Source of the DNA: Massilibacillus massiliensis
GTDB taxonomy: Bacteria; Bacillota; Negativicutes; FLKF01
Assembly: GCF_900086705.1 (NCBI RefSeq)
Contig: NZ_LT575483.1
Span: forward strand, 2,405,442 to 2,429,441
Length of the DNA stretch: 24,000 nucleotides
Direction of reading: 5' to 3'
The position numbers and the translations under genes are program-made. Below are positions 16,799-24,000 of the stretch, piece after piece. Positions within the stretch are counted from its first letter, which is position 1, and every line of letters starts with the position of its first letter. Under the pieces are notes generated by a model. It was given only the letters and a program-made list of their open reading frames with translations. It was not told where the DNA came from and did no database searches.

Positions 16799-17023
16799 AT
16801 GATAGATGAAAGTTTTGGAAAAGTCTTAAAAAGCCTAAGAGTAAGGAAAGGGATCAGCCAAGAAGAATTTTCTTTTAATACGGGGTTGCATCGTACTTAT
16901 ATTAGTCAATTGGAAAGAGGTTTAAAGAGTCCCTCCCTAAGAACAATAGCAAAAATCTGTAAGGAGCTGGAATTTACAATTTCTCAATTTATGGAAGAAG
17001 TAGAAAAATATCATGATGTCTAA
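16799..17023 (+). CDS. small XRE-family HTH transcriptional regulator (controller/C-protein-like)
   Basis: 74 aa from ATG 16799, with HTH_3 core LRVRKGISQEEFSFNTGLHRTYISQLERGLKSPSLRTIAKICKEL. There is no recognisable SD before either the ATG 16799 or the TTG 16778. The gene is divergent from the MCP gene. Confidence 0.75.
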   Translation: MIDESFGKVLKSLRVRKGISQEEFSFNTGLHRTYISQLERGLKSPSLRTIAKICKELEFTISQFMEEVEKYHDV

Positions 17024-17054
17024 GCGAGCAATAAAAGAAAGCGCTCGCTTTTTC
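17022..17054 (+). terminator. intrinsic terminator after the XRE gene
   Basis: Stem AAGCGAGC (17022-17029) with GCTCGCTT (17043-17050) and a 13-nt loop, followed by TTTCG. Confidence 0.55.
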
Positions 17055-17129
17055 GTAATGCAGAAATGTCTTTTAGAAGAGAACGTATAATATAGGCGTA
17101 TTTTCTGAATTTATTACTTGTGAAAAGCA

Positions 17130-17152
17130 AAAAATCGTAGTAAGATAACCAC
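17130..17152 (+). repeat. 23-nt box, copy B (AAAAATCGTAGTAAGATAACCAC)
   Basis: Identical at 21 of 23 positions to 14818-14840, in the same orientation. A strong hairpin lies 35 nt downstream (17187-17230). Confidence 0.6.
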
Positions 17153-17186
17153 AAAATATAAAAAATCAAAAAGTGTAGTGAAAATC

Positions 17187-17236
17187 ATAAGCAGTATTGA
17201 ATACTACCGATAGTTTTCAATACTGCTTATTTTATG
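17187..17236 (+). other. strong stem-loop with U-rich tail in the leader region upstream of the LtaS-family gene
   Basis: Perfect 15-bp stem, ATAAGCAGTATTGAA (17187-17201) with TTCAATACTGCTTAT (17216-17230), and a 14-nt loop, followed by TTTTAT. This is a second terminator-like structure only about 130 nt after the XRE terminator. Confidence 0.6.
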
Positions 17237-17325
17237 GCTGTTTGCAGATGGAAGCATTTTTTGTTGGGCATTGATCAAGGAGATTAGATTATTTAAGCAG
17301 TAGGATATGATGGAGGGTTTTTTAG

Positions 17326-19323
17326 ATGGGTTTTCAATGGGTACATAAAGTTTTAGATTGGCGAAAATTTTATGAATTGATGCACCGAGATATACAGTTA
17401 TTTTTCTATTTATTAGCACTTTTTATGGTATTTCGCATAGCTTTTATCGCGCTTATGTATGAGTATTTAGGCAGCAGTACAACCTTTACAGAGATTTTCA
17501 TCGCGTTGCAGTATGGTTTGAAACTAAGTTTAAAAAGTGCGGGACTATTGGCGATTGTTTCGTTCGTTCTTTGTTTGGCGATCTATTGCATTTCATTTAC
17601 CTGGGCAAATCGGGTACGCAAGTATATTGCCGCAGGCTATATCTTTTTGTTAACGATTTTGTTTTTCGCTAGAATTCCATATTATATACAGTTCCATTCT
17701 GGTTTTAATCAATTGATTTTCAATACATTGAATGATGATATTTATGCGCTGATTGTTTCACTTGTAGAACAATTCCAGCTTCCATTGCGTTTATCTATTG
17801 CAGGATTAACGGCTGCTTTTTTATTCTGGTTGGCAGTGAAATGGCTGAACTTGCCGATTCTCGAGTTGCCACGTTTTAAAAAATGGTATACAAATATAGT
17901 GGTGCGCATTGTTTTTTTGTGTTTTATCTATCAAGGTGCTATTTTCGTTAACTTTGGCGGTAGTATGAGTTTTGCCGGCAATGTAGGATGGGAAAATGCA
18001 GGCGTTACAAAAGATCATTTGTTGAATGAAGCAATCTTGGATGATATGCAGGCACTCTACCGTGCCTACGAGATGAATGGACGCCTGGCGAGCTCAACAG
18101 GCCTTGCTTTTGAGGCTACGCAAATTACGCAGTATGCCAAAAACCTGACAGGTAAACAATTAGAAAGCGATGATTTAGATGTCTATTTGCAAAAGACGGC
18201 GCAAGGCGCAAATAAGACGAAACCGAAACAAGTATTTTTGATTCTTTCAGAAAGTTATGCAAATTGGCCATTGCTCGATAAGTATCAAAATTTAAATATT
18301 GCGAATGGAATGAAGTCGCTGATCGCTGAACCGGATACAGATTATGTTGCACAATTTTTACCGAATGGCATGAGTACAATTTCTGCCGTTATGGGAATTG
18401 TCACAGGATTCACAGATGCAAATTTATATTTGACTACAATGCCGGAAGCCTATAAAGAACCTTATTCTACAGCAATTGCACCGCAAATGAAAAGACTCGG
18501 GTATCAGGCAAAGTTTTGGTATGCCGGACCGGCTTCTTGGGAAAGGGTAAAAGAGTTTTCTTTGGCACAGGGGTTTGATGCTTTTTATGGGAGCGGTGAT
18601 TTTGAACATGCAGCGGGAAATGTTTGGGGTTGTGATGACGCGTATTTGTATCAAGCTGTGCTGGCGAACGTGAAAAAAGATGAGCCGAGTTTTAATATCG
18701 TTTTAAATGTATCAAATCATTCACCGTTTTCTGTAGATTTAGAGCGTGAGGGATTTGATCGAGAAGCTTTGTTGCAGCAGTTGCCGGATGAAGTAAAAGG
18801 AAATCAAGATTTAATCAAACAGCTTGGCCATTTTTGGTATGCAGACAAGATGCTCGCCAAGTTTATAAAAGAGGCAAAAGAAAAATATCCAGATAGTGTT
18901 TTCATCATTGTTGGCGATCATGCCGATCGGATGAATATCGATAAAAATCCAACGATGTATGAACGTTATGGCATACCGTTTATTGTAACAGGGAAAGGGA
19001 TATCGAAAGCAAGTTTACCGGAAAAAACAGCCGGAAGTCATATTGACGTGATGCCTACTTTATTTGAACTCATTGCACCAAAAGGGTTTGCATATTATTC
19101 TGTGGGTACAAGTCTAACCAGAGGAAATGCGTTTGGTGTAAACTATGGTCTCTGGATTACACCCGATTATATAGGAAAAACGGATATAGAAGCTGAACCT
19201 GAAGCAATAGATGGAGCAAGTGCAGTTGAACCAAATCCAGAAGAGATTCAGGCAAAGGTTGAAGCAGTACGCAGCGTATCTTGGTGGCGCAGCAAATATG
19301 GCAGTCAATTGATCAATCCATAG
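17326..19323 (+). CDS. LTA synthase / sulfatase family membrane protein (alkaline-phosphatase superfamily phosphotransferase)
   Basis: 665 aa: an N-terminal block of about 5 TM helices plus an extracytoplasmic sulfatase-type domain (VFLILSESYANWP, NVSNHSPF, IIVGDHADR). SD GGAGGG (17312-17317) lies 8 nt upstream of the ATG. Confidence 0.85.
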   Translation: MGFQWVHKVLDWRKFYELMHRDIQLFFYLLALFMVFRIAFIALMYEYLGSSTTFTEIFIALQYGLKLSLKSAGLLAIVSFVLCLAIYCISFTWANRVRKYIAAGYIFLLTILFFARIPYYIQFHSGFNQLIFNTLNDDIYALIVSLVEQFQLPLRLSIAGLTAAFLFWLAVKWLNLPILELPRFKKWYTNIVVRIVFLCFIYQGAIFVNFGGSMSFAGNVGWENAGVTKDHLLNEAILDDMQALYRAYEMNGRLASSTGLAFEATQITQYAKNLTGKQLESDDLDVYLQKTAQGANKTKPKQVFLILSESYANWPLLDKYQNLNIANGMKSLIAEPDTDYVAQFLPNGMSTISAVMGIVTGFTDANLYLTTMPEAYKEPYSTAIAPQMKRLGYQAKFWYAGPASWERVKEFSLAQGFDAFYGSGDFEHAAGNVWGCDDAYLYQAVLANVKKDEPSFNIVLNVSNHSPFSVDLEREGFDREALLQQLPDEVKGNQDLIKQLGHFWYADKMLAKFIKEAKEKYPDSVFIIVGDHADRMNIDKNPTMYERYGIPFIVTGKGISKASLPEKTAGSHIDVMPTLFELIAPKGFAYYSVGTSLTRGNAFGVNYGLWITPDYIGKTDIEAEPEAIDGASAVEPNPEEIQAKVEAVRSVSWWRSKYGSQLINP

Positions 19324-19389
19324 ACCAAGTATAATGAATATGCTATAGTAATGGTTTAGATAATAACAATTGTTTATGGGGTGAGATTG

Positions 19390-20121
19390 GTGGCAGTTGT
19401 CCATAAGGGAAAGAAAAGTTTAAACGGGCAGGCAAGACAATATTTCATGATGAGTTTGCTTTGTATTGGTTTGCTCATTGTTTTTGCAGCTATGTTGCTG
19501 CAGAGTGGTGAGGACATGGAGATACCTATGTTTTTCATGGTTTTACCGATACTTTGGATCTTTGGAGCCTTCTTTTATTACAGAAAATATAAGATTTTCA
19601 AAGCGGGATCAGATGGAGAAATCAGTTTACTGGATTATATACGTAAACTGCCAAATCAATATCACGTTTTTATGAATTTGTCGATGAAGGAAAAACGTAT
19701 CTATGATGAAGTAGATTTTGTTGTAGTCGGTACGCAAGGCGTTTTTGTCATTGAGGTGAAACACCATGTTGGTAAAATTATCGGTCAAGAAGATGATATT
19801 GAGTGGAACCAGCTTAGGGTTGATCAAAAGGGCAAACAAAAAAGAAAATCTTTTGCCAATCCAATAAAACGTACAAAATGGCATGCGATTCATATTGAAA
19901 GAATCTTGCATTTAGCGGGGCTGCATGTTGGTGTACAGCGTTTATTGGTATTTACCAATCCCAAAGTGCGCTTAGACATCGATGCGGGAAAAATGACTGT
20001 TTTAAAAGGCTGTGAAGAGGTCAATTCGTATATTTTAAATTATAAACCACAGCGTAAACTCGATAAAAAGCAAGTACAGCAGATTGTGGATGTATTAGAA
20101 ATGCAAATGAAGAAGTCGTGA
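19390..20121 (+). CDS. membrane-anchored NERD (nuclease-related) domain protein
   Basis: Two N-terminal hydrophobic helices are followed by the NERD core: YHVFMNLSM....YDEVDFVVVGTQGVFVIEVKHHVGKI. The start is uncertain. GTG 19390 has GGTGA 5 nt upstream. The track start, GTG 19381, overlaps that SD. Confidence 0.75.
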   Translation: MAVVHKGKKSLNGQARQYFMMSLLCIGLLIVFAAMLLQSGEDMEIPMFFMVLPILWIFGAFFYYRKYKIFKAGSDGEISLLDYIRKLPNQYHVFMNLSMKEKRIYDEVDFVVVGTQGVFVIEVKHHVGKIIGQEDDIEWNQLRVDQKGKQKRKSFANPIKRTKWHAIHIERILHLAGLHVGVQRLLVFTNPKVRLDIDAGKMTVLKGCEEVNSYILNYKPQRKLDKKQVQQIVDVLEMQMKKS

Positions 20122-20204
20122 TAGGATAAAAGTAGGATTTTATTAGATTTTGGCGAATTATTCAAGTGGAATATGATACAATGCAGTTATATGGAGGATG
20201 TAAG

Positions 20205-20987
20205 ATGAGTGATGAGAGAGATTGGGATCTGTTTAAGCAAAAATTAAAAACAAAAACCGGAATTGACTTGAATCAATATAAAGCAAATCAAATGCAGCGT
20301 CGTATTACAAATTTGATGCTGAGACATAACCATAAATCTTATGTGGAATTTTATAATTCTATTGAAAATGATAAAAAAGCATTTGCTGATTTTATTGAAT
20401 ATTTGACAATTAACGTAAGTGAATTTTTCCGTACGCCAGAGAAATTTTCAGAATTGGAATCAAAGGTAATTCCAGATTTATTGTCGAAAAGTTCAAAGCT
20501 CAATCTTTGGAGTGCCGGTTGTTCCATTGGCGCTGAGCCGTATTCTTTGGCGATGATATTAAAGGATATGACGCCAACCGTAAGACATCGGATTTTAGCG
20601 ACAGATCTTGATATTGAAATTCTTGCCAAGGCCAAAGCCGGTGTTTATAATGTCAATGAAATTAAAAATATTTCGAATGAACGGAAACAGAAGTATTTTA
20701 AAATAGATGGCGATAAATACAGCGTTTCTGAAGATATTAGAGCCCGTATTGAATATAAACGGCATAATTTATTATTAGATAATTTTGAGTCCGGATTTGA
20801 TTTAATCCTTTGCAGGAATGTTGTTATTTACTTCACCGAGGAAGCAAAGGACAAACTTTATCGCCGCTTTTTTGCAGCATTAAAGCCGGGCGGAGTGTTG
20901 TTCGTAGGTGGAACCGAGGCAATTTTAAATTTTCGCGATATCGGTTTTGTAAGTTATTTACCGTTCTTTTATCGTAAACCGTTTTAA
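20205..20987 (+). CDS. cheR: chemotaxis protein-glutamate O-methyltransferase CheR
   Basis: The CheR N-terminal helical domain (GIDLNQYKANQMQRRI, EFFR) is followed by the SAM-dependent methyltransferase domain (LWSAGCSIGAEPYSLAM, ILCRNVVIYF). ATG 20205 has GGAGGA 6 nt upstream. The track start at 20166 lacks an SD. Confidence 0.9.
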   Translation: MSDERDWDLFKQKLKTKTGIDLNQYKANQMQRRITNLMLRHNHKSYVEFYNSIENDKKAFADFIEYLTINVSEFFRTPEKFSELESKVIPDLLSKSSKLNLWSAGCSIGAEPYSLAMILKDMTPTVRHRILATDLDIEILAKAKAGVYNVNEIKNISNERKQKYFKIDGDKYSVSEDIRARIEYKRHNLLLDNFESGFDLILCRNVVIYFTEEAKDKLYRRFFAALKPGGVLFVGGTEAILNFRDIGFVSYLPFFYRKPF

Positions 20988-22147
20988 AAAATTCCCCACC
21001 CGTAAAAAGTTTTAAATACGCTCGTTAGATTATTAAAAAAGACACGTAAGAAAGTTTTTTCTTCTACGGAAGTCTGTGCAATGATATCGATGGTTTTTAT
21101 GATTTTATCATCGATGCGCAGATTTAATTCACCGATTTTTTGTCCCTGGTAAACAGGGGCTTTTATTTTTTCAGGGAGATCGATATCTATGGTGACATCT
21201 TTGGATTGATTTTTACTGACTACCATCGCTGCATCGCTGCTCAGTACAGCATCAATTGTATCCGCAAAACCGTCTTCAATTGATACGGTGTTGACAAATG
21301 TGCCGTTGCCAGCGTATTCAAATAATTCATAGTGCGTGAAGCCCCATTGCAGTAGCTTTTGTGCGTTTTGCCAACGTGCCTTATCATGCAGTGTAACTGC
21401 GATTAGACGTTGGTTCTGCTTGGTAGCACTTGCGACCAGACATGGTCCGGCTTCACTTGTCGTTCCGGTTTTTACACCATCTGCTTCCGCTAGCATCCAG
21501 AGTAATTTGTTGGTATTTTTTAAATTTTGTTCTTTTTCATTTCCACGGCTGTCTTGCAAGTCAACACTGGTGTGCTTGGTATTTACAATTTCGGCAAAGG
21601 TTGGATTGTTCATTGCATACCGCGTTATCCAGGCAAGATCGTAAGCTGTTGAGTAGTGCTGCGGGTCAGGCAACCCGTTTGGGTTTTTAAAATGTGTATG
21701 AGTTGCACCAATTTCTTGCGCTTTTTCATTCATCATGACAACGAATTCGTCGACCGAACCGGCTAAAAATTCAGCAATTGCAATGGCACTGTCGTTGCCG
21801 GAACGCAGCATCAGCCCGGTGACCAGCTCGCGCAGGGTGAGGATCTGCCCCTTCTCTAGATGCATTGTAGATCCAGAGGTACTTGCTGCTTCGGCACTTA
21901 CGGTTGCTTTTTCATCGAGGCGGTTGCTTTCAATAGCAAGAATTGCGGTCATAATTTTGGTGGTGCTGGCTGGTGGTAATTTTTTATCTGCATTTTTTTC
22001 AAATAGTACCTGCCCGGTTTTTGCATCCATCAATATAGCACCATATGCAGTGTTTAATACTGGCTGTGCTGCTTTGGCGGCGACAATGTTTGTCAGCAGC
22101 AGTAAAGAAATAAAGGGTACTATCAATTTTTTTATCCAAGGGAGCAT
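20984..22147 (-). CDS. serine-type D-alanyl-D-alanine carboxypeptidase (PBP5/DacB/DacF family, peptidase S11)
   Basis: 387 aa with a signal peptide, SxxK (ASTTK), SxN (SGND) and KTG (KTGTT) motifs, plus the C-terminal PBP5 domain. SD GAGGAGGA lies upstream. Confidence 0.9.
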   Translation of the reverse strand: MLPWIKKLIVPFISLLLLTNIVAAKAAQPVLNTAYGAILMDAKTGQVLFEKNADKKLPPASTTKIMTAILAIESNRLDEKATVSAEAASTSGSTMHLEKGQILTLRELVTGLMLRSGNDSAIAIAEFLAGSVDEFVVMMNEKAQEIGATHTHFKNPNGLPDPQHYSTAYDLAWITRYAMNNPTFAEIVNTKHTSVDLQDSRGNEKEQNLKNTNKLLWMLAEADGVKTGTTSEAGPCLVASATKQNQRLIAVTLHDKARWQNAQKLLQWGFTHYELFEYAGNGTFVNTVSIEDGFADTIDAVLSSDAAMVVSKNQSKDVTIDIDLPEKIKAPVYQGQKIGELNLRIDDKIIKTIDIIAQTSVEEKTFLRVFFNNLTSVFKTFYGWGIF

Positions 22148-22289
22148 ACAAAATCCTCCTCGCTATGTGATCATCCGTAGCATTCATTTATCTTGCTTAC
22201 GCAGATTATATGAATCAAAGCAGGCGATGATGCATATTTTTTTGTAAGCAGCGTAAGATCCAATGAGGCGCTGGAAGGAGGCAATTTTT

Positions 22290-23012
22290 ATGGTTCCAAT
22301 GCGTAATTATTTTGCAATGACAATCGTCGCATTAGCGATGGCGGCAAAATTGTGCCAAGGAATATTTTTAGAAGAGGTTAAAGTTGTCAAAAAAATTCCG
22401 ACGACACATAAAGTCGTTGCTTTGACGATTGATGATGGACCGCATAATAAAACAACACCGCAGCTGTTACAGGTATTGAAAGAAAAGAATGTAAAAGTCA
22501 CGATGTTTATTTTAGGTGAGAACGCTAAGAAGTATCCGGAATTGGTAGCGCTTGCAGCAAAAGACGGGCACGAAATTGCGACCCATGCATATACACATAA
22601 TGCATTGACGAAGATGAGTCAAGCGGAATGTGCGGCTGAATTAGATAAAACAGAAAAAATTTTAAAAAATTTATCAATTAAACCGCAGCTTTTTCGTCCG
22701 CCGGGCGGTTTATATAACGAAGGCGTGATCGAAGAAGCCAACAAGCGCGGCTATACGACGATCCTGTGGTCAGTAGATCCAAGAGATTGGCAAAGACCAA
22801 GTGTTGCACAGGTCGTAAAAGTCGTTACAAACACAGTAGAACCGGGGGGGATTGTACTGCTTCATGATGGACAGTATCCATTGCCGACACCGGAAGCAAT
22901 CGGTCAGATTATAGATGATCTAAGACAAGAAGGTTATACCTTTGTAACGATTGGTGAATTGTTAAAATATTATGAAGTGCGGGAAACAGGGTTATTTTCA
23001 TTTTTAAAATAA
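22290..23012 (+). CDS. polysaccharide deacetylase family protein (NodB domain; PdaB-like peptidoglycan deacetylase)
   Basis: NodB motifs are TIDDGP, HEIATHAYTH, LFRPPGG and LLHD, behind an N-terminal signal/anchor sequence. ATG 22290 has AAGGAGG 8 nt upstream. The gene is divergent from the DD-carboxypeptidase gene. Confidence 0.88.
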   Translation: MVPMRNYFAMTIVALAMAAKLCQGIFLEEVKVVKKIPTTHKVVALTIDDGPHNKTTPQLLQVLKEKNVKVTMFILGENAKKYPELVALAAKDGHEIATHAYTHNALTKMSQAECAAELDKTEKILKNLSIKPQLFRPPGGLYNEGVIEEANKRGYTTILWSVDPRDWQRPSVAQVVKVVTNTVEPGGIVLLHDGQYPLPTPEAIGQIIDDLRQEGYTFVTIGELLKYYEVRETGLFSFLK

Positions 23013-23110
23013 AAAAAATTCTGTAAAATGACTGCCGATTATGATTATTTGTGCTGAAGTGTGGTAAAATAAAAAAGTGACATATTATCAGAAACATACG
23101 GAGGATAAAT

Positions 23111-24000
23111 ATGTACTGTAATCATGAAATTGAAACGATGTCAAGAGATGCAATGATTGAATTACAAACAAAAAAATTGCAGAACATGATCAAATGGGCT
23201 TATGAGAAGAGTCCTTTTTATAAAGAGAAAATGTCGCTTATCGGATTGAACGATCGATCTGTTAAAACACTTGACGATTTAAAAAAGTTTCCATTTACAA
23301 CAAGAGAAGATCTTTTTGTAAATTCGCCTTTTGGATTTTTAGCGGTTCCATTGAGCAGTACGATTCGCATGCGGATGATTGGGCAAAATCGTCCGATTAC
23401 GAAAGCTTATACGAGTGGTGATATTGGCCGTAATGTGGAAATGACCGCTCGGGCGCTCGTTGCTGGTGGTGTAACGATGGCCACAGCATTGCAAATTTGT
23501 GAAGATTATACGTGTGAACATAGTTTGGGTATTCATTATGCAGCCGAAGTTCTAGGCGCGACAGTGATTCCGTCAGAACTTGCAAAACTTGATCGGCAGT
23601 GGGAAATGATTGATAAATTTAGAGTGACAGCGATTGCCAGTAATGCGCAGCAAATGTTGCAACTGTTAGTAGCCGGGCAGGCATTAAATTATGATCTGGA
23701 AAACAGCTCTATTTCAACGATATTTTCTTTAAATCAAGATACAAAAAATTCAATGGATGAGCATATTGCCAGCCGGTTTCATGCAAAAATTTTTAATCTT
23801 TATTCGCCACCGGAATTTGGTGCTTCAGCCATGATGTTTGAATGTAATAAAAAGGCAGGTTTACATATTCAAGAAGATTATTATTATCCGGAGATTGTAC
23901 ATATAACAGATACTGGTGATGTTGCTTCCGGACAAATGGGCGAACTGGTACTTACTGCTTTGGCGGCCGATGCGATGCCGCTGATTCGTTATCGTACCGG
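23111..24000 (+). CDS. phenylacetate-CoA ligase (PaaK / F390 synthetase, COG1541) family protein, 5' part (runs off the right edge)
   Basis: The frame is open from ATG 23111 (GGAGGA 5 nt upstream) to the window end. Translation begins MYCNHEIETMSRDAMIELQTKKLQNMIKWAYEKSPFYKEKM...LKKFPFTTREDL...FGFLAVP, the typical PaaK N-terminus. It is absent from the ORF track because it is not closed. Confidence 0.8.
   Translation, partial: MYCNHEIETMSRDAMIELQTKKLQNMIKWAYEKSPFYKEKMSLIGLNDRSVKTLDDLKKFPFTTREDLFVNSPFGFLAVPLSSTIRMRMIGQNRPITKAYTSGDIGRNVEMTARALVAGGVTMATALQICEDYTCEHSLGIHYAAEVLGATVIPSELAKLDRQWEMIDKFRVTAIASNAQQMLQLLVAGQALNYDLENSSISTIFSLNQDTKNSMDEHIASRFHAKIFNLYSPPEFGASAMMFECNKKAGLHIQEDYYYPEIVHITDTGDVASGQMGELVLTALAADAMPLIRYRT

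Noticed and set aside
17098-17113. CodY-box-like sequence TATTTTCTGAATTTA upstream of box copy B
   Set aside because: It matches the AATTTTCWGAAAATT consensus at 11 of 15 positions by my count. Such matches are common in AT-rich intergenic DNA, and CodY usage in this organism is unknown.
21336-22247. Plus-strand ORFs, including a 170-aa one (21735-22247), antisense to the DD-carboxypeptidase gene
   Set aside because: The minus-strand gene has all three PBP active-site motifs and a signal peptide. The antisense translations are low-complexity and have no recognisable domains or SD.
22192-22257. Short inverted repeats CTTACGC/GCGTAAG and TGCTTAC/GTAAGCA in the dac-pda divergent promoter region
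   Set aside because: The arms are only 7 bp and are separated by about 45 nt. This is too short to distinguish from chance without comparative data.
1-24000. Search for CRISPR arrays, IS elements, transposases, integrases, tRNA/rRNA genes, toxin-antitoxin pairs or known defence-system gene sets
   Set aside because: I could recognise none on either strand. The only repeats noted are the 23-nt boxes and short operator-type inverted repeats reported above.

Overview
This window looks like chromosomal sequence from a low-GC, probably anaerobic, motile, spore-forming Firmicute (Clostridia/Negativicutes-like; inferred from protein flavour only). I support 22 protein-coding genes, two of them truncated by the window edges, and most are housekeeping or accessory transport and stress functions. 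In order they are: a YddA/ABCD-like fused ABC exporter; an iolT-like sugar porter plus iolG-like Gfo/Idh/MocA dehydrogenase operon with a divergent AraC regulator; a same-strand run of ClbS/DfsB-family, Nim/PNPOx-like, YnfA and MscS genes; a Bcr/CflA-type MFS efflux gene; a ykkC/ykkD-type SMR pair behind a clear guanidine-I (ykkC) riboswitch; a GGEEF diguanylate cyclase with a Cys-rich N-terminal domain; a CsoR-type repressor plus P1B ATPase operon with a recognisable operator; an MCP; a small XRE regulator; an LtaS/sulfatase-family membrane enzyme; a membrane-anchored NERD protein; CheR; a PBP5-type DD-carboxypeptidase; a NodB-type polysaccharide deacetylase; and a PaaK-like ligase fragment. 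I found no rRNA or tRNA genes, CRISPR arrays, transposases, integrases or obvious defence-island hallmarks, and I cannot point to a convincing multi-gene novel system. The features least explained by standard annotation are regulatory. First, the MFS efflux leader has a consensus promoter, a 4-codon micro-ORF and an intrinsic terminator, which makes it a candidate ribosome-dependent attenuator. Second, two copies of a 23-nt box (21/23 identical) bracket the MCP-XRE module, each about 35 nt upstream of a strong hairpin. Third, the CsoR-controlled P1B ATPase has no N-terminal metal-binding domain and carries non-canonical specificity motifs. Fourth, the GGEEF protein has an uncharacterised C-x9-C-x2-C sensor region. 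All functional calls come from by-eye motif and family recognition; no database search was run.
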